The notes: generated by a model from the letters alone, not told the origin. A stretch of 62,100 bases of DNA, filler included, from Sluysia triapertura (GCA_046118255.1; 4 parts of 4 records of this genome joined end to end with filler, not necessarily neighbours in it); one strand, 5' to 3'; shown: positions 10,291 to 24,171, counted from the first letter of the whole stretch. Numbers and translations are program-made.

Positions 10291-12346
10291 GTATGTTTTC
10301 TTTACCTTGGCTTTTGTGTTTATTTATTTTATTTTACTGACATTCTTATATCCTTGAACAGTGATTTTCCAATATGTTTTAGGTGTAATAAAATTATGTT
10401 AGAATATATTAGACGTTAATTATTATTTCGTTATTGTTTTTCAAAAATAATATTAGTTTTGTCCATTCAAATATAATGTTTATTTTAAAGCATTTTATCG
10501 GTAATTTTAACAAAATTTATTCTTGATAAATAATTTCATACTTAATAATAATAAAAGAAATTACTTACCAAATATACAAGTCACCCATTTATGCATTTCA
10601 AAATTTATAATTTGTATACTCTTAGTTATAAAGTTAAAGTAATACTATATGTAAAAATAAAAAATTTTCAATATCATTGTCTTCCATAAACCCTATAATG
10701 TTTTCATTTTGCGTTTCTGAAATAAAATTTTCAACTGTTGCCGTACTTTTAATTTCACATCCATTTTCTTCAGATGAAATTATTGCTTATCACACGCAAA
10801 ATCCTTTCGTATGGATTTCATTAATTATATTTTGATATACCTTTCCTTGCGCTATTATTATCTACTTGCAAACATTAACAAAACTTGCGCGACACTATCT
10901 TCCTCCTTTTCTCCAAACATCATCTAGGCTTTATATTCCTGCATCTTTAGATGTTCGATTTATACTAGTGTATGCAATGTCCATCGGAATTACTACTAAA
11001 ACTGAATTGTTTTAATAGCTTCTTACAAAGTTTGTCACATGGGACATTTTATTGTCGCGTTGTGGCCGTAGTGTTATATAGTGCCGGACATAATGGTTAG
11101 GACTGTATTCAAAACTGTTACTAATAATAAACCTTAACTTTAATATATAAAGTGTGAAGAATATGAGACTTGAGGCGGTTCAAAAAACTGACATTCGTAA
11201 AGTGTATTATGAATAGGATTCGAATTTGGATATGTACATGTATGGCTTATTTCCTAAGAATTTGTGCGAATTCGTCAAGATTTTATATATTTAATTCTAG
11301 GTTTTTGTTATGAGATGAATCAAAGCTTATTTTGTATAATTAATTGTGGCCACTTTACTTAAATGAGAACCCGAAGGTAGTATTTGATCATGATTATATT
11401 GTGTTGATTTTTTTTGGAGATAGTTGTTTTATGATTTATTTCACAAGTTTTTAAAATCAAACTTTATGATTATTTTACTATGGTTTCTTTTTAAATGAAA
11501 CCTTGGAAATTGGAATTTAGTGAGGTTCCTTCTTTAAATGAAATCTATATATTGTATAATTTATATTAATCTTTTTAATATTTCTTTATGGATTAATTTA
11601 TGAATTTTATGTTAGTTGTAAAACTTTACAAGTTATTTTTATATTCTACAATGGTTTCTTCTTAAATGAAACCCTAAAAAACTGTATTATATATTTGTTA
11701 CATTTTTTAAAAGGCTATGTTAGGTGTTTTTTTTAATTCTTAATTGAAATTCTAAGGATATTATTTTATGTATGTTAAAAATTTAAAGGTTGTCAAAATC
11801 AATTGCTCAAATTAAGAATACTCGAAAAAGTAATTGTTTATTAATCAAATATAGTTGTAGTGTTCAACTTACACATAAACTCCTAACACAACCACAAACC
11901 TCCATCACATACTACACCAACATATAATAATCTAAATAAAATATAATATATTTTTCTATAACTTTAACAATATATAATATATGTAATTTACTCTACTTTA
12001 AATAAATTATAACATTATAAAATTACCATAATTTATTATTAACACCACCTTTAGTCCTTCGTAATCACTTTCTCTGGACCTTATCAACGTCGTGTAAACC
12101 TTACACTCTTCTCCTTGTCATTATTATTTTTACTTTTATTATCATTATTGTCATATTTTCTGATTATTCAAATTTTTACATTAAAGTATTATAAATGTAT
12201 AAAATCGCAAATTTAGCAAAAATTTGTATACACGTTTAAAATTTATTAATTGAATCTCATATATTGTATATATTATCGTTTTGAATATGATTTCTGTCTA
12301 TCTGTAATTTGTATATTGTATATTATTAAACGATGGTAAACTTAAG

Positions 12347-12680
12347 AATTTGAACAAAATCCAGACAACATATTGCCCTGCAGTTTTTCATACAGATGAT
12401 CCTATCGAATCGAACGTAGTTGTTATGATCAAGCCTATTGATTATAAAACACCAGTTTCTGAAATTTTGCCTTTTTTTCGTGGTGTCAATATAGCCCCTG
12501 GTGGTTTAGCTATTTTGATGGCTGATGGTAGACGAAGTAATCGAATATTAGTAAGATTCACTGATTCTCGTCAGAAAGATATTGCAATGATGAGAGATAA
12601 ACATCATTTTGAATTTGGAAATTCGAGATTTATTACTATAACAAACTATGATAGCAAGGAATTTATGAAAATTGCGGGTT
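12347..12680 (+). CDS. ESRP: ESRP/fusilli/SYM-2 family exon, quasi-RRM1
   Basis: FFRGVNIAPGG...DGRR...LVRF...KHH...FMKIAG matches ESRP qRRM1 (FFKGLNIAKGG...GRRNGEALVRF...KHH...FLKIAG); AG/GT boundaries. Confidence 0.88.
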
Positions 12681-13681
12681 GTAAGGATTTCTTAATTTTT
12701 TAAAAATTACCAAAAATAAAATAATTAATAATATAAGTAAATTTAAAATGTACAAGTAATAAACTTAAATCTTTAAAAAATGTGTTATATAACTAAATAT
12801 AAAACCAAATAATAATCAATTTTTATATTTAATACTTTGAATTTTAAAGTAAAAATTCATATTAAAACACAAAATATTATCTATACCTATTACTATTATT
12901 TTATCAAAATAAATAATTATATAATCAAAATAATTGACTTGAGAAATTGTTGATAAATAAGTATTAAAAGAAATTTTTAAAAATATATTGTATTTAAAGA
13001 GAATTATGTACAAATAACTCAATCAGTAAAAAATACAAAAGATAATACTTAAAAATAAAAAGGAGATAATTAACATTTAAATAAATTTATTTTGCAGGTT
13101 ATAATTTATGTGATGAGGTTGGAAAGTAATTAGCTCTGTACAGAAAAACAAAAGGTATAAGAAGATAATTTTTATAAATATTATGTTTTCGGTCTTTCTT
13201 AAGCCTCTGAAAAAAATGTCAATGTAAATTGATAATACGTTGAAAAATAAACGCTTTACAAAATTTTATACGAGCTTCAAATAATATATGATAGACTGAA
13301 ATAGAATTAAAGTTATGCAAAATAAATAATTTGGTGATAATAAACAAAATGCAAAAGCTGAATTTAAATTCTAATTATTCTAGTTTTAAGAAAACATAAG
13401 CAGTTACGAACAGTGAATAATAATCATGTGTATTTTTAGACGTTTATGTTAGTTGATGAACGAATGTATACAATTATACTTAATCAAATAGCTTGGAACA
13501 TTTATTTTAAGTTTGTAAGTCTTTAAACACATGTATATATCAACTGTAATAAAATTTCGGTTAAATTTAAAATATCGAATCGTAATAGATAACAATTCGT
13601 TTTAATTCCTAAAACTGTTACGTAATTTAGTTTTTAATTTAGATATTAGAAAATTTTTAACAACACATTTTTTTGCTTAAG

Positions 13682-13785
13682 ATCGTCATGAAAGTGTAAA
13701 AAAATATTTGGATCAAATTAATACTCCAGAACAAGTTCTAGTTCGAATGAAAGGTCTTCCATTCACAGTTACAAAATCTGATATT
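13682..13785 (+). CDS. ESRP: ESRP family exon, start of quasi-RRM2 (gene runs off the scaffold)
   Basis: aag|...QVLVRMKGLPFTVTKSDI|gtaagt, in phase with the previous exon; ESRP1 has QVIVRMRGLPFTAT. Confidence 0.88.
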
Positions 13786-13954
13786 GTAAGTGAAGTTATT
13801 ACATTGTTTAAATTTTTAAAAATAGTTATCATGAACCTTTGAATCATTTTATTTGCAAAATCTTAACTTTTATTATTAATATCACATTTTTTTCAACAAT
13901 AAAATTGTTTACATTATTATTATTATTAATTATTATTATTGTTATTATTATTAA

Positions 13955-14005
<51 letters not shown>

Positions 14006-14105
14006 NNNNNNNNNNNNNNNNNNNNNNNNNNNNNNNNNNNNNNNNNNNNTTAATTAATTAANNNNNNNNNNNNNNNNNNNNNNNNNNNNNNNNNNNNNNN
14101 NNNNN
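14006..14105. other. Artificial scaffold-concatenation linker (N44-TTAATTAATTAA-N44)
   Basis: Exactly 100 nt; core has stop codons in all six frames; identical to linkers at 26850 and 49692. Confidence 0.97.
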
Positions 14106-14700
14106 CAAATTAGTAAAGGTTCATTTAGCTTGAACCTAAGCAAAATCAATTAATATTTAAAACGGTTTGTATAACCAAACCGGAGTAAAATCCTTCATAT
14201 CATATTTTTAAAATAATATAAAATCATATAAAATTACAAAATTAACTGCCCCTAAATTGTATTATTGATATTAATTGTGATTTAATTTATTTAGTTAATC
14301 TTTAGTGATTTATAGAACTTGATTATTACATTTTGGAAAAAACCTTTTGTGACCTTTATATTAATTGTTTTTGAATATAACCTATAAAAGACTCAAGTAG
14401 AATATTATTAACCGATTAATACATTATTTGAACATTAAAGCAAAAGCTTTCTAAACCTCCATTTTTTAAGTCATTAACATAATACTACCTTATTTAAATT
14501 TTTAAAGCATTAAAGTGAAGAATCTTTTGTGACCTCCATTTTATTTTTAAGTCAGAAAATCCAACGGTTGGCCATTAAGTTTGTAAGCCCAATACGTTGG
14601 TGAACTCACCATTTTAAGTTTTATTCTCCATATATACTTACATTTCTTGCAATTTTATAATAGATTAAAATAATTAATTTATTGCAACTTTGTAGAATTA
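14106..14700 (-). mobile_element. Partial LTR, same family as 30453-31274
   Basis: Reverse complement of ~14557-14625 (GTGAGTTCACCAACGTATTGGGCTTAC...GGCCAACCGTTGGATTTT) is nearly identical to ~30546-30597. Confidence 0.65.
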
Positions 14701-14774
14701 AATAAAGTAGGTTATAAAATATTTTAAAATATTACAATAATAATATTATTAATTATAATTATAATAAAAAATAC

Positions 14775-15113
14775 CCCTTTTTCAAGCTGGATTACAATAC
14801 TTAATAGTTGATCTTCCAATCCACGTAAAGTAACACTGAAATCAATTACGGATATTTCAGCAAAAATTTCTGGTGAAAATTTTGGATTTGATAATTTCGT
14901 AGTGACAAATAAACGAAAATTATTTTGTACATCGACTTCTTTATCACTTACTTTCACTTTGTAACCAGTACCCATTTTAATAAAATTTTTTTCAAGAACA
15001 TTATCTAAGGCTGGATCTAGTTCTTCAACAACATCTTCAATTATTAAAGAATTTCCATTACTTAAAGCATCTTCCAATGATTGTTGAAAATATTTATTGG
15101 TTAAAGTTGTACA
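14775..15113 (-). CDS. DNAH5: Axonemal dynein heavy chain (DNAH5/DNAH8-like) exon, AAA5 region
   Basis: [18 protein letters not shown]...[17 protein letters not shown]...GLEDQLL; ag/gt boundaries, 339 nt, phase 0. Confidence 0.9.
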
Positions 15114-15196
15114 CTAAAATAATAAATATTTAATAATATAAAATTGTCGATCTATTTTTAAAAATAAATAAATAAAATAATAAATAATTAAATAAC

Positions 15197-15349
15197 TTTC
15201 ATATTATTCCCTTCCTTTTCTTTAATCCATTGTATGCCTTGACTTTGTGGATCTATTAATAAAGGATACCTATTCGATTCATAAATTATGATAGCATTTT
15301 CAATTGATAATCGATCATTAGGAAGTCCTTGCAAATTCCATTCACCAAT
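15197..15349 (-). CDS. DNAH5: Dynein heavy chain exon ([12 protein letters not shown]...[11 protein letters not shown])
   Basis: 153-nt exon absent from the ORF track; canonical AAA5 N-terminal motif; ag/gt boundaries. Confidence 0.9.
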
Positions 15350-15984
15350 CTATAAATTACACATTGGAATAAAGTTATCGAAAGCAACATAACAATGTTG
15401 AAATTTTGCAAATTATATATTTTAAATGAAGCATACAAATATGACATTTTTCTCAATTACATTAGCCAGGTATTTGTTAGAGATAGAATTAGTGTTAGTG
15501 CTAGTGCACTTAAAAAAGAAAATGATTTTGAAATGTATCTTGACTTATCAGAGTCACAGAATCATCAGTGAGACATATTTAAAGTAACTCATAATATATG
15601 ATATAAGTTTTCTATTATTTTCCACAAAAGTGACAATACAAATTTTGGATTCTAATTTGTCTTGAAAACGTGAACCGTTTTTAGACTTAGATAGGCAATC
15701 ATGCCTTTTTCTTGTGCTTCGAAAAAAAGGTTTTCAAGTTATTTCTTCGAAAATTTATAAGACTGTAAGGTCACTTTGAAGAAGCAAGAAATTTGAACGT
15801 TTATTTAAATTATAATTAAGTTTATGTATTGCAAATAAAACATTATATTANNNNNNNNNNNNNNNNNNNNNNNNNNNNNNNNNNNNNNNNNNNNNNNNNN
15901 NNNNNNNNNNNNNNNNNNNNNNNNNNNNNNNNNNNNNNNNNNNNNNNNNNNNNNNNNNNNNNNNNNNNNNNNNNNNNNNNNNNN

Positions 15985-17308
15985 CGTTCAATAACATCCA
16001 GAGTTTTACCTAGTGATATTCCGTGTCGTCTAGCTATATTTGCCCAACTAGATGTCATCATTTGTCGATAAACTTGATTAAACGGTCCACAATATGAAAC
16101 AAATCCAGCCAATACAATTACATCTCCAACTAATAAGCCAATACCTTTTTCAAATTCTATACTTTGTTTAGTCCATCTCTTCTTTTCATCTTTCAATCCA
16201 TTCATTAATTGATTTGCTGTAGTCATTTTTTTCCTACACATTGCTGCATCATTTTCCAAGGCTTGCTTTTTAGCAATAGCTTTATCATAAACTGCCTTTA
16301 CTTCAGCTAAAATCGCCTCTTTTTCTTGCAAAACTGCTTCAGCTGCTTCTAAATCTTCTTTAGCTTTTGTTAGTATAATTTCTTGTTTTTTCAATTCATC
16401 TTTTAATGGTATTACTTCTTTGTTAACCCAAAAAAATTTTTCCATTGCTTTTGTCCATGCACATAAACCAGCAACATTACCGCAAGATTTTTTAGCTGCA
16501 TCTAAATTATAATCAGGCATATTGAAGTAAGGTTGTAATAAGTCTACAATTTCTTCATTAATCATATCACGCTGAAAAGTAAGTAAATTTTCCAAAAATT
16601 TCGTTGATGTCAATAGTTTCAATGATTCCGGCCATGACGTCTTCATCATTTTACGGTCCCAGTCTGGTATAACTGGATCGATTTTTTTCATAAACAATAT
16701 CAAAACGCAATCCATAATACGTTGAATTAAATGTGGAGGTTTTGGTAATTTACGTACTGTTGTAATATCGTTCGGTTTAATTGTATTTAGAGCATCTTCA
16801 GCTTCCTGAAGTGCCGGTTTAGCTGCATTTAATTTTTGATCAGCAATAGTATAATCATGATTAATTTTTTCTACAATCACTTCACATTTATCTTTCACAG
16901 TTTTAACTTTGTTTTTAATTTTCTCAGCTGCATTAGTTTGTTTAGTTACATCATCTAAAACTGCCTCAGCTTCTTTACTAGCAATACCTAAATGTTGCTC
17001 TTTAATTTCCAATTCTTTACTTAATTCAACAATAGAAGCTTGTGCTTCTTTTAATTTCAATAAACCGTTTTTCATACGATCATTCAATAAAGCAATTTCT
17101 TCTTGTAATTTGGCGTATAATTTTTTGTATAAATTTATGTAAGATAAATATGATTTTTGAGTAACATGAACACGACGTCGATTTTCATCGTAATATTTCT
17201 GACAGGACAGAGTAACATCTTCATGTACTCTTGCTATAATTTCCATTATTCGGTTTCGAGAATCATCACTACAAACCAGATGAAATGATTCTAACTTTGC
17301 TCTAGCCA
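15985..17308 (-). CDS. DNAH5: Dynein heavy chain exon: stalk coiled coil and microtubule-binding domain (truncated by a gap)
   Basis: AAKPALQEAEDALNTIKP...KPPHLIQRIMDCVLILF...CGNVAGLCAW...SYCGPFNQ is typical of the DNAH5/8 class; phase-1 acceptor fits the previous exon. Confidence 0.93.
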
Positions 17309-18899
17309 CTAAATACAAAAATCAATTGATTTAGCTTTTGTTTAGTTTCAAAATTAAATTTAAAATTATATTTATTGAATCATTTGAACTAAAAAAATCA
17401 GAAAGATTCCTTTTGACAAGGAAAACATAATTTCAAATTTTTAATTTTTAATCTTGCATAGTGTAAAGTATTTATTCATATACATTCAATTCGCCATATT
17501 GGAAGATCTTTTGCTATTATTATTTTCGACAAAAATTGCCAAAAATATACATTGAAAATTCCAAAATTATGCAGTCAATTCATAAGTAAATTTATATATG
17601 TTAAATATTAAAGTCTAGGTAAAATCATTTTTGTAAAATCCCTGTTAAAATATTAAAATGAATAAAAAATTAAAGATATAGACTTTTAATTATCAACATA
17701 AATAAAAAATCTTTGTTCCTTTTATTAGTTACGATTTTGTTATTAATTTTTGAAAACTACTCTTATAATTTATTAGATTTCTTTTGATTAAAAATATTAA
17801 TTAAACGATTTAGTTTTTTGAGTTTTGTTTTTGTGAAGTAATTTGATAACTAAAAACTTTTAAAATTAATACATAGAACTACATAACTATTAACTCAATA
17901 AAAGTAGTTAAATATATTTACACAAGAATAGAATGATAAAATAGTTTAGTAACATTTACATTAAGGACATAAGCACTTTAAATAGCACATACGTTACATG
18001 ATCGTTTCCTTAGCTACAAAAACACCTATTCTACGTTTTAAGTCGTAAATTGGGGCCGAATCCATTGAATTATCCAATTTGCATGTATACATCATCAGAT
18101 TATATAACAGCAAATAATAAGTTTTAATTAATTTAAACTTAAAGATATTTTTAGCTTATTTTAAATGGTTTATTTACTTATTTATAAATATTTTACAAAC
18201 TAAATATTTACTTTGTTTTAAATTTCAAAACACAGAATTGAATTTAAATCATTTTAAAAAATAATCGTAATTATTGGAAAATTTAATACTCAACTTTATT
18301 TACTTTTATTTGTAATAATGATAAAAATAAATATTTTTTCTACTAGTGTTTTTCTTAAACTGAACATGATATCAAAATCTATTGGTTCGTTTACATCAAC
18401 GACTTAAAGCGTACCACAGACGTGTCTGTAACTATGCAACGTATATGCTAACTAAAGCATGTGTTATTAAACTATTATTATGTAAATCAGTGAGTTAGTA
18501 TATAAATTTTACGAAGGGTTATGCACTAATTTCAGCCGTTTATAAACAAAGTTATTTTCACAAACTCAAAATAAATTCATACAATTACTATTTTCAATGA
18601 AAAGATAACAAACTATAGCATTAATTTCTTCAAGAATAAATAACCGAACACGTAACTAATAAGTGAAAATTCATAGAATGGAATAAAAACACCATTAACT
18701 ATCTAATTTTTACGATTAAAAGGTTTGCATTTTAATAAGTATTTTAGTCCTCAATAAATCAGGCAATGAAAAAGAATTACAAAAATAAGTTTCAGTAACT
18801 TATAAATATAACTTATAATATAATTTGAAAATTTTTTAGTTAACTGACTGTCTTTTGTTGAAAAAATAATAATAAAATATATGCTAATTTACAATTAAC

Positions 18900-19700
18900 A
18901 ATTTGCACTGAACTACTAATGGAAAATTTAAAAATTCAAATGATGCTGTCCTCTTCGCCTAAGGGAATCAGAATTTATACTGATTCCAGACGAATATAAA
19001 TGAAATGTGCGAGGGAATATTTTATTATTGTTGTGAACTTAATACCAAAACTATATACCCTACCCTCAAAATTGACAACCATATTTCAACATAATCTAGC
19101 ACAACAATTAAAAACTGAACAAATTTCATGTAACAATCAAAACATTTTAAGACGACCATCTCTACATAGAATTATAAAGCTAAATAATTCAGTTCGCATT
19201 ACTTCCATTACTTCAAACAAAATTCAATAGCTTATGCACAAGCTGAATTAAAATAAAAACAGCTAGATGTAAATCAATAAATAAGTAACATACCTACTTT
19301 GTAAAAATATAAAAATGATTTGCGGAAATCCTAGTTTGATTCAATCAGCTTTTCTCTATATACTATATAATCAAATTCAAGTTCATTCTATTGTTTGTGA
19401 AAAGAGAAATCGAAATATCAACTCAAACCCATCTGGTAATATTGATTACGAAAATATTATTCGTTCAATTTATGATATAATTGTTAAGATTATATGTCAG
19501 CATATATATTAACATTATTGAATGTAATAAAATTGCACGAATCCATCGAAGCAACTTGCTAGTTATGAGCAAACTTAGATATCCATGTCGAAATAATCCA
19601 TCATACGTAAGAAATTGTATTTTTGAAAATGTCACAAGTTATGAAATCGACAGAATAAGAGCGGCATGCATGAGTGTAGATTAATGGTAATAATGGTAAA
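18900..19700 (+). mobile_element. hAT-family transposase relic within a dynein intron
   Basis: Frameshifted pieces ICGN, LHESIE..LRY and AACMS(GRF)NG resemble hAT/ZMYM1-like DEstD..LRY and DGAaxMSG motifs. Confidence 0.4.
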
Positions 19701-20760
19701 GAGATTAACTCAAAAATAATCATTTAACATTGTCTATGGTACAATTTAAACTATCAAACGAAACATTTCTTCTTGGTAACACTGATTACTTAGGTAGATA
19801 TCAGTTCAAAATAAATTTGTTCTCAACGACTCTACTGAGTCCAAACATAAACCGGTCACATCTTTAACCCATACATTTTCATCGCTGACGTTGTTAGTTT
19901 ACAGACTATTTTTATGTTTGTTAGGAAATTGAATATTTTGTCTTTTATTATTCTTATTCATGGTCAATGGTCAGTCGCCAAGCTTTAAGCTGACAGCTAA
20001 TTTAAATTTAGAAATTATCTTCAATTAAGGTAACCTGACAGAAACTAAAAGTAATCATAAGGTAGACTATCAAATTTTATACATTGACAATCTAACCATT
20101 AGTTGAAATTCTGATATCTAAACGAATAAATGTAGTACGTTTAAGCTAAAATTTAGAAAATTTAATTTTTACTTATTTACTCTTGTAAGTAATAAATTGT
20201 TATAATTTCATATATTTTTAAAATTATTCTCATTATTACAATTATTTCTAAACTGATTATAATGGCAACACAACACTTTATTGCTTTACTTTTCATTAAA
20301 CATTTAAGCCGGATAATGAATTCTCACTTAATTTTTAGTACATTTCAATCACTGGTTTATTTTTTTGATCTTGGCGTATTATATCCTCATCTCTCTTTAA
20401 TTATCCTTACCTAAGATTTCACATAAAGCTACGCTTTATAACTCCAATTTGAATCTTGCCACAACATGAATTCGTCTAGATGCGGTTTCCCAATATTATT
20501 TTTAAATGGAACTGAAAATGGAGCTGTACTGACTAGCATAATATCAAAATAATAAATTGTGTCGTTATGGTATATCTATAAGTACAGATATTATATTTCA
20601 GTAAAAATTACATCGAATAAACAATCAGTAAACACATAAGCACACTCAAGCATAGTTACATTGTCATGAACTTATGACTATGTGAATTAACATTTTCCCC
20701 CATTTTTTAAAATGACTTTTCTTTTATGTTAATTAATATCGTAATATATAAGGTCCTAAC

Positions 20761-21028
20761 CATTTATCAAAGCATCTAATGGCCATTTATGAAACCAACT
20801 TATCGTACATCCTGATATTAAAGCAGGAAAATATAGTGTTCTTTGGCGAAATTTCTCACCAATTGGTGAAAATGCTAATACTATATGAAGATTATCTCTA
20901 ACGCGATTAAGAAAATATTGATAAACAGCTTCATTTGATTCTGGTTCTTTGTGAAGTTTCTTTTTCATTATGTAACTAAGTGTGCCAATAATTTCATCGT
21001 TTTCTTCTTTGGAGAATAATCCTGGAAT
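20761..21028 (-). CDS. DNAH5: Dynein heavy chain exon, AAA4 C-terminal part
   Basis: RVRDNLHIVLAFSPIGEKFRQR...FPALISGCTISWFHKWP; ag/gt boundaries. Confidence 0.92.
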
Positions 21029-21686
21029 CTTAATAATAATAAAAATAATAGTGTTTTTAATAACACTGATGTGGTTTCTTAAATATGCCAACCTATTTTA
21101 TAAATGGAATTTAATTTAATGAGTTCACCAGTAGTCCAAGGCTTACAAAATTAGTTTGTCCAAAAATTTTCATCGTAATAATCGTGCAAAGAAAATACTT
21201 ATGCTTTTAGTCACAAATATAAACTTAGAATCTTTTATAATATTCAAAATTTATTTCTATCTTGGTCTAAAATTGATTTCAATTACGGTGGACCTTTATT
21301 TATAATAAGGTTTTAGAAAATAAGATATTACCTCTATTTAAAATGAGATTTCAAAAAATTTATTAGATTTTATAGAAATTTAACTTGATATTGCATAATT
21401 CCTTAGAATTTACACCTCTATTTCAAAAGCACTGTAATAGTTAAATAACGAGCGATAATTAATATATTCTCAAAATAGTACACAGACTAAAAATATTGAT
21501 TAAGTACTATTAGTAGAATAGATGTATTTATATAATTTACAAATTTGAAGACTGTATTTAAATTTTTTTGTTATATTTTGAAGTGGATTTTACAGAGCTC
21601 TTTACAGTAATTTTTATATATGAATTTAAAAGATTTGACGTCAGATTTTGCAACGCTATGTAAAATGCATCTAAAACTAAATATGC

Positions 21687-21734
<48 letters not shown>

Positions 21735-23384
21735 TACTATTATTATAATTATTATTATTATTATTGAGTCAAAACCCAAAACTATAGAATTTACAAAAAA
21801 TAGCATAAGTTTAAGTTTCTTATAATTTCAAAAATTCATATTTAATTACGGATTATTACACTTTTACATCGATTGACACCAACCTAAATTAAAATATAAA
21901 GTCTAAATTAATTATTAAAATTAAATATTTTATTTTAATATTTTTATCATTGTTTTATTATCTTAATTATAATTTTATTATAATATTTATAGTTTGTTTA
22001 TTATACCTTTGGTTTAGTTCGAATTGTTTTAATCTCTTAACATTGATAGATATACATATGAATGAAAATATCATGTCAAGTTTTTTGTTTCATGAAGTAT
22101 TGTTAATTTAATTGTTTTTATTTATATAATTTTTATAGTTTTGTTTTCCATTAATAATACTGTTTCGTACTTGAAATATACTGTATGAATAATATAACAA
22201 AATATTCATGGAAAAATCGTTTGAATAATTTATAATTTGAATTTTATTTGAAGTAGAACCATCTTTGCTTTAGAAAATAATTAAATCCATCAAAATAAGT
22301 TTCATTCTTCCTCCATCAACTTCGTATTGTTAAGTGAAATGATACTAACTCTTAATCCCGGTAACTATCAAATCAAAGACTTTTTACAGAAAGAAAGCTT
22401 TTCCTTTGAATACTGAGCGATTTAATTATTGTAGAGACTTGAGGTACATATGCACGGACAAATGCAGTTTCAATACATCGATGTTACTTTGTTTAGAGGC
22501 AAGTGATCGTTTTTATGCTAAATTATCGAAAGAATAAAATTATCTTTTGGGTTTTATCCCCTTAAATTTATAATAATGCCTTCATTTGCTTGCAATAAGT
22601 GACTTATCAGTCGTACTTTTAACAATTATTATGTGTCCAAACCAGGCTTTTAATTTTAAATTTTGATTTTTAGTTATTCATCTTGTTTTATTAAAATTTT
22701 ATATTTGTTTAATTATTATTATTATTAATATAAAAACTTTAAGAATCAGATTGATGAGACCCTCATACATAAAATTCTTTTGATTAAAGTTCACACACAA
22801 ATAGTTATAGTGACGCTTTCTATACTAGATGAGTCGTTTGGTGTAACCGGACCCTGCTCAAAGAAAATCACAGCAAAAACAATATTATTAAAAATCAGAT
22901 ACAACAGTTTATAAAACTCATTAAAATTATTTATTTTGATATTATTTTGTATTTTACAAACATTTAAAAGTGAACACTTTTATACTTAGTAAAATTGACA
23001 AATCACATTTTGAATCACTATACGAATAAAGTCAAATATTTTAATAAACCAGAATTACAAAAAGGATAGGAAGCAATTATCTTAGAGGGCATCAACAGAT
23101 TCTGAAAACATGAATTATTTTAAACTTATGATCTTCAAGCTCTATCTTTTATGAATTCCAAGCTAACACAACGAAATAAATAAAAAACTATATTAAAACA
23201 ACTATACAGTAAAATATAGTAAATTATTATATGAATCATTTATTACCAATTACGTATGAATAAAATTACTATATGCAGGAAAATTAAAATGGTACATGTT
23301 TTTTAAAATTTAATGTAATTAAACTATTGTAAAACAACCTAATTCAATTTTCAAATCACAGGTATTTCAATATGAAACATTATA

Positions 23385-23408
23385 AATAATAATAATAATA
23401 ATAATAAC

Positions 23409-23448
<40 letters not shown>

Positions 23449-23810
23449 GTTATAATAATAATATATTTATATTGCGCTCATATCTACTCAAAAGCGCTTA
23501 AGGTAAATCATTTACCATAATACTTCTGAAACAGAAAGAACTTTGCCTTTTTAAATATTTTATAATCTTCAAGTAATTTGACATTCTCTGGTAACTGGTT
23601 GTATATTTTTGAAACTTAAACGGTATACAACTTATCACCTGGTTTCTGTATAGGTTATTATGCCTCTATGAAATATTCATCTGGGTTTCCAAATTTTTTA
23701 TTATTTCTAAAAGATATTCAGGACATGCGAAATGTAAGCATTTGTAAATTATTGTAATGATTTTGAATACTATTCGTGCATTTATTGGCAACCAATGCAA
23801 TTCCTTACAT
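23385..23810 (-). mobile_element. 3' end of an L2/CR1-group LINE with (TTA)n tail
   Basis: Minus strand encodes KIYNQLPENVK (ORF2 C-terminus) followed by AAGCGCTTTTGAG...GCGCAATATAAAT stem-loop and a TTA microsatellite; second copy at 39034-39421. Confidence 0.75.
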
Positions 23811-23857
23811 AAAAAGAAAATATGTTAAATTTATCTATCGATTTAAACATAACTAAC

Positions 23858-24011
23858 AGTCCCAGAAGACAATATATTGTTTAAATATTCTAGATACGTT
23901 TCTGATTTTATTTCAGCATCTGTAAATAAAAACACAACACCCTTTCCGTCTCTTCCAGCTGTTCTGTATATTGTTTTTAGGTCGTCCAATAAATTCGCGT
24001 GATTGTATGTT
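23858..24011 (-). CDS. DNAH5: Dynein heavy chain exon, AAA4 (Walker B region)
   Basis: [19 protein letters not shown]...[25 protein letters not shown]; 154 nt, phases match both neighbours; absent from the ORF track. Confidence 0.9.
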
Positions 24012-24171
24012 CTTAATTCAAAATGAAATTCAATTTAATTAATTTAAATATATTTGCAAATCTAATTTAAACATTATTATTTCAGTTATTTACTTATTAG
24101 AGAATTCAAAAAATATTTTATTTTATCTACTAACTATATTAAGTAAACAAAATAAAACTAATCATAATCAC

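Noticed and set aside
10700-11110. Possible piggyBac transposase C-terminal relic in the ESRP intron
   Set aside because: Only scattered Cys residues in broken frames; no convincing motif.
13839-14057. Poly-Ile/Tyr ORFs (also 21558-21806, 40154-40381, 58713-58955) as membrane proteins
   Set aside because: They are translations of (TAA/TTA)n microsatellites and N gaps.
14050-14061. TTAATTAATTAA palindrome as a biological motif
   Set aside because: Occurs three times centred in identical N padding; an assembly or concatenation artefact.
16909-17142. Antisense ORFs (also 15829-16071, 28843-29067, 48793-49101)
   Set aside because: Shadows of real coding sequence on the opposite strand.
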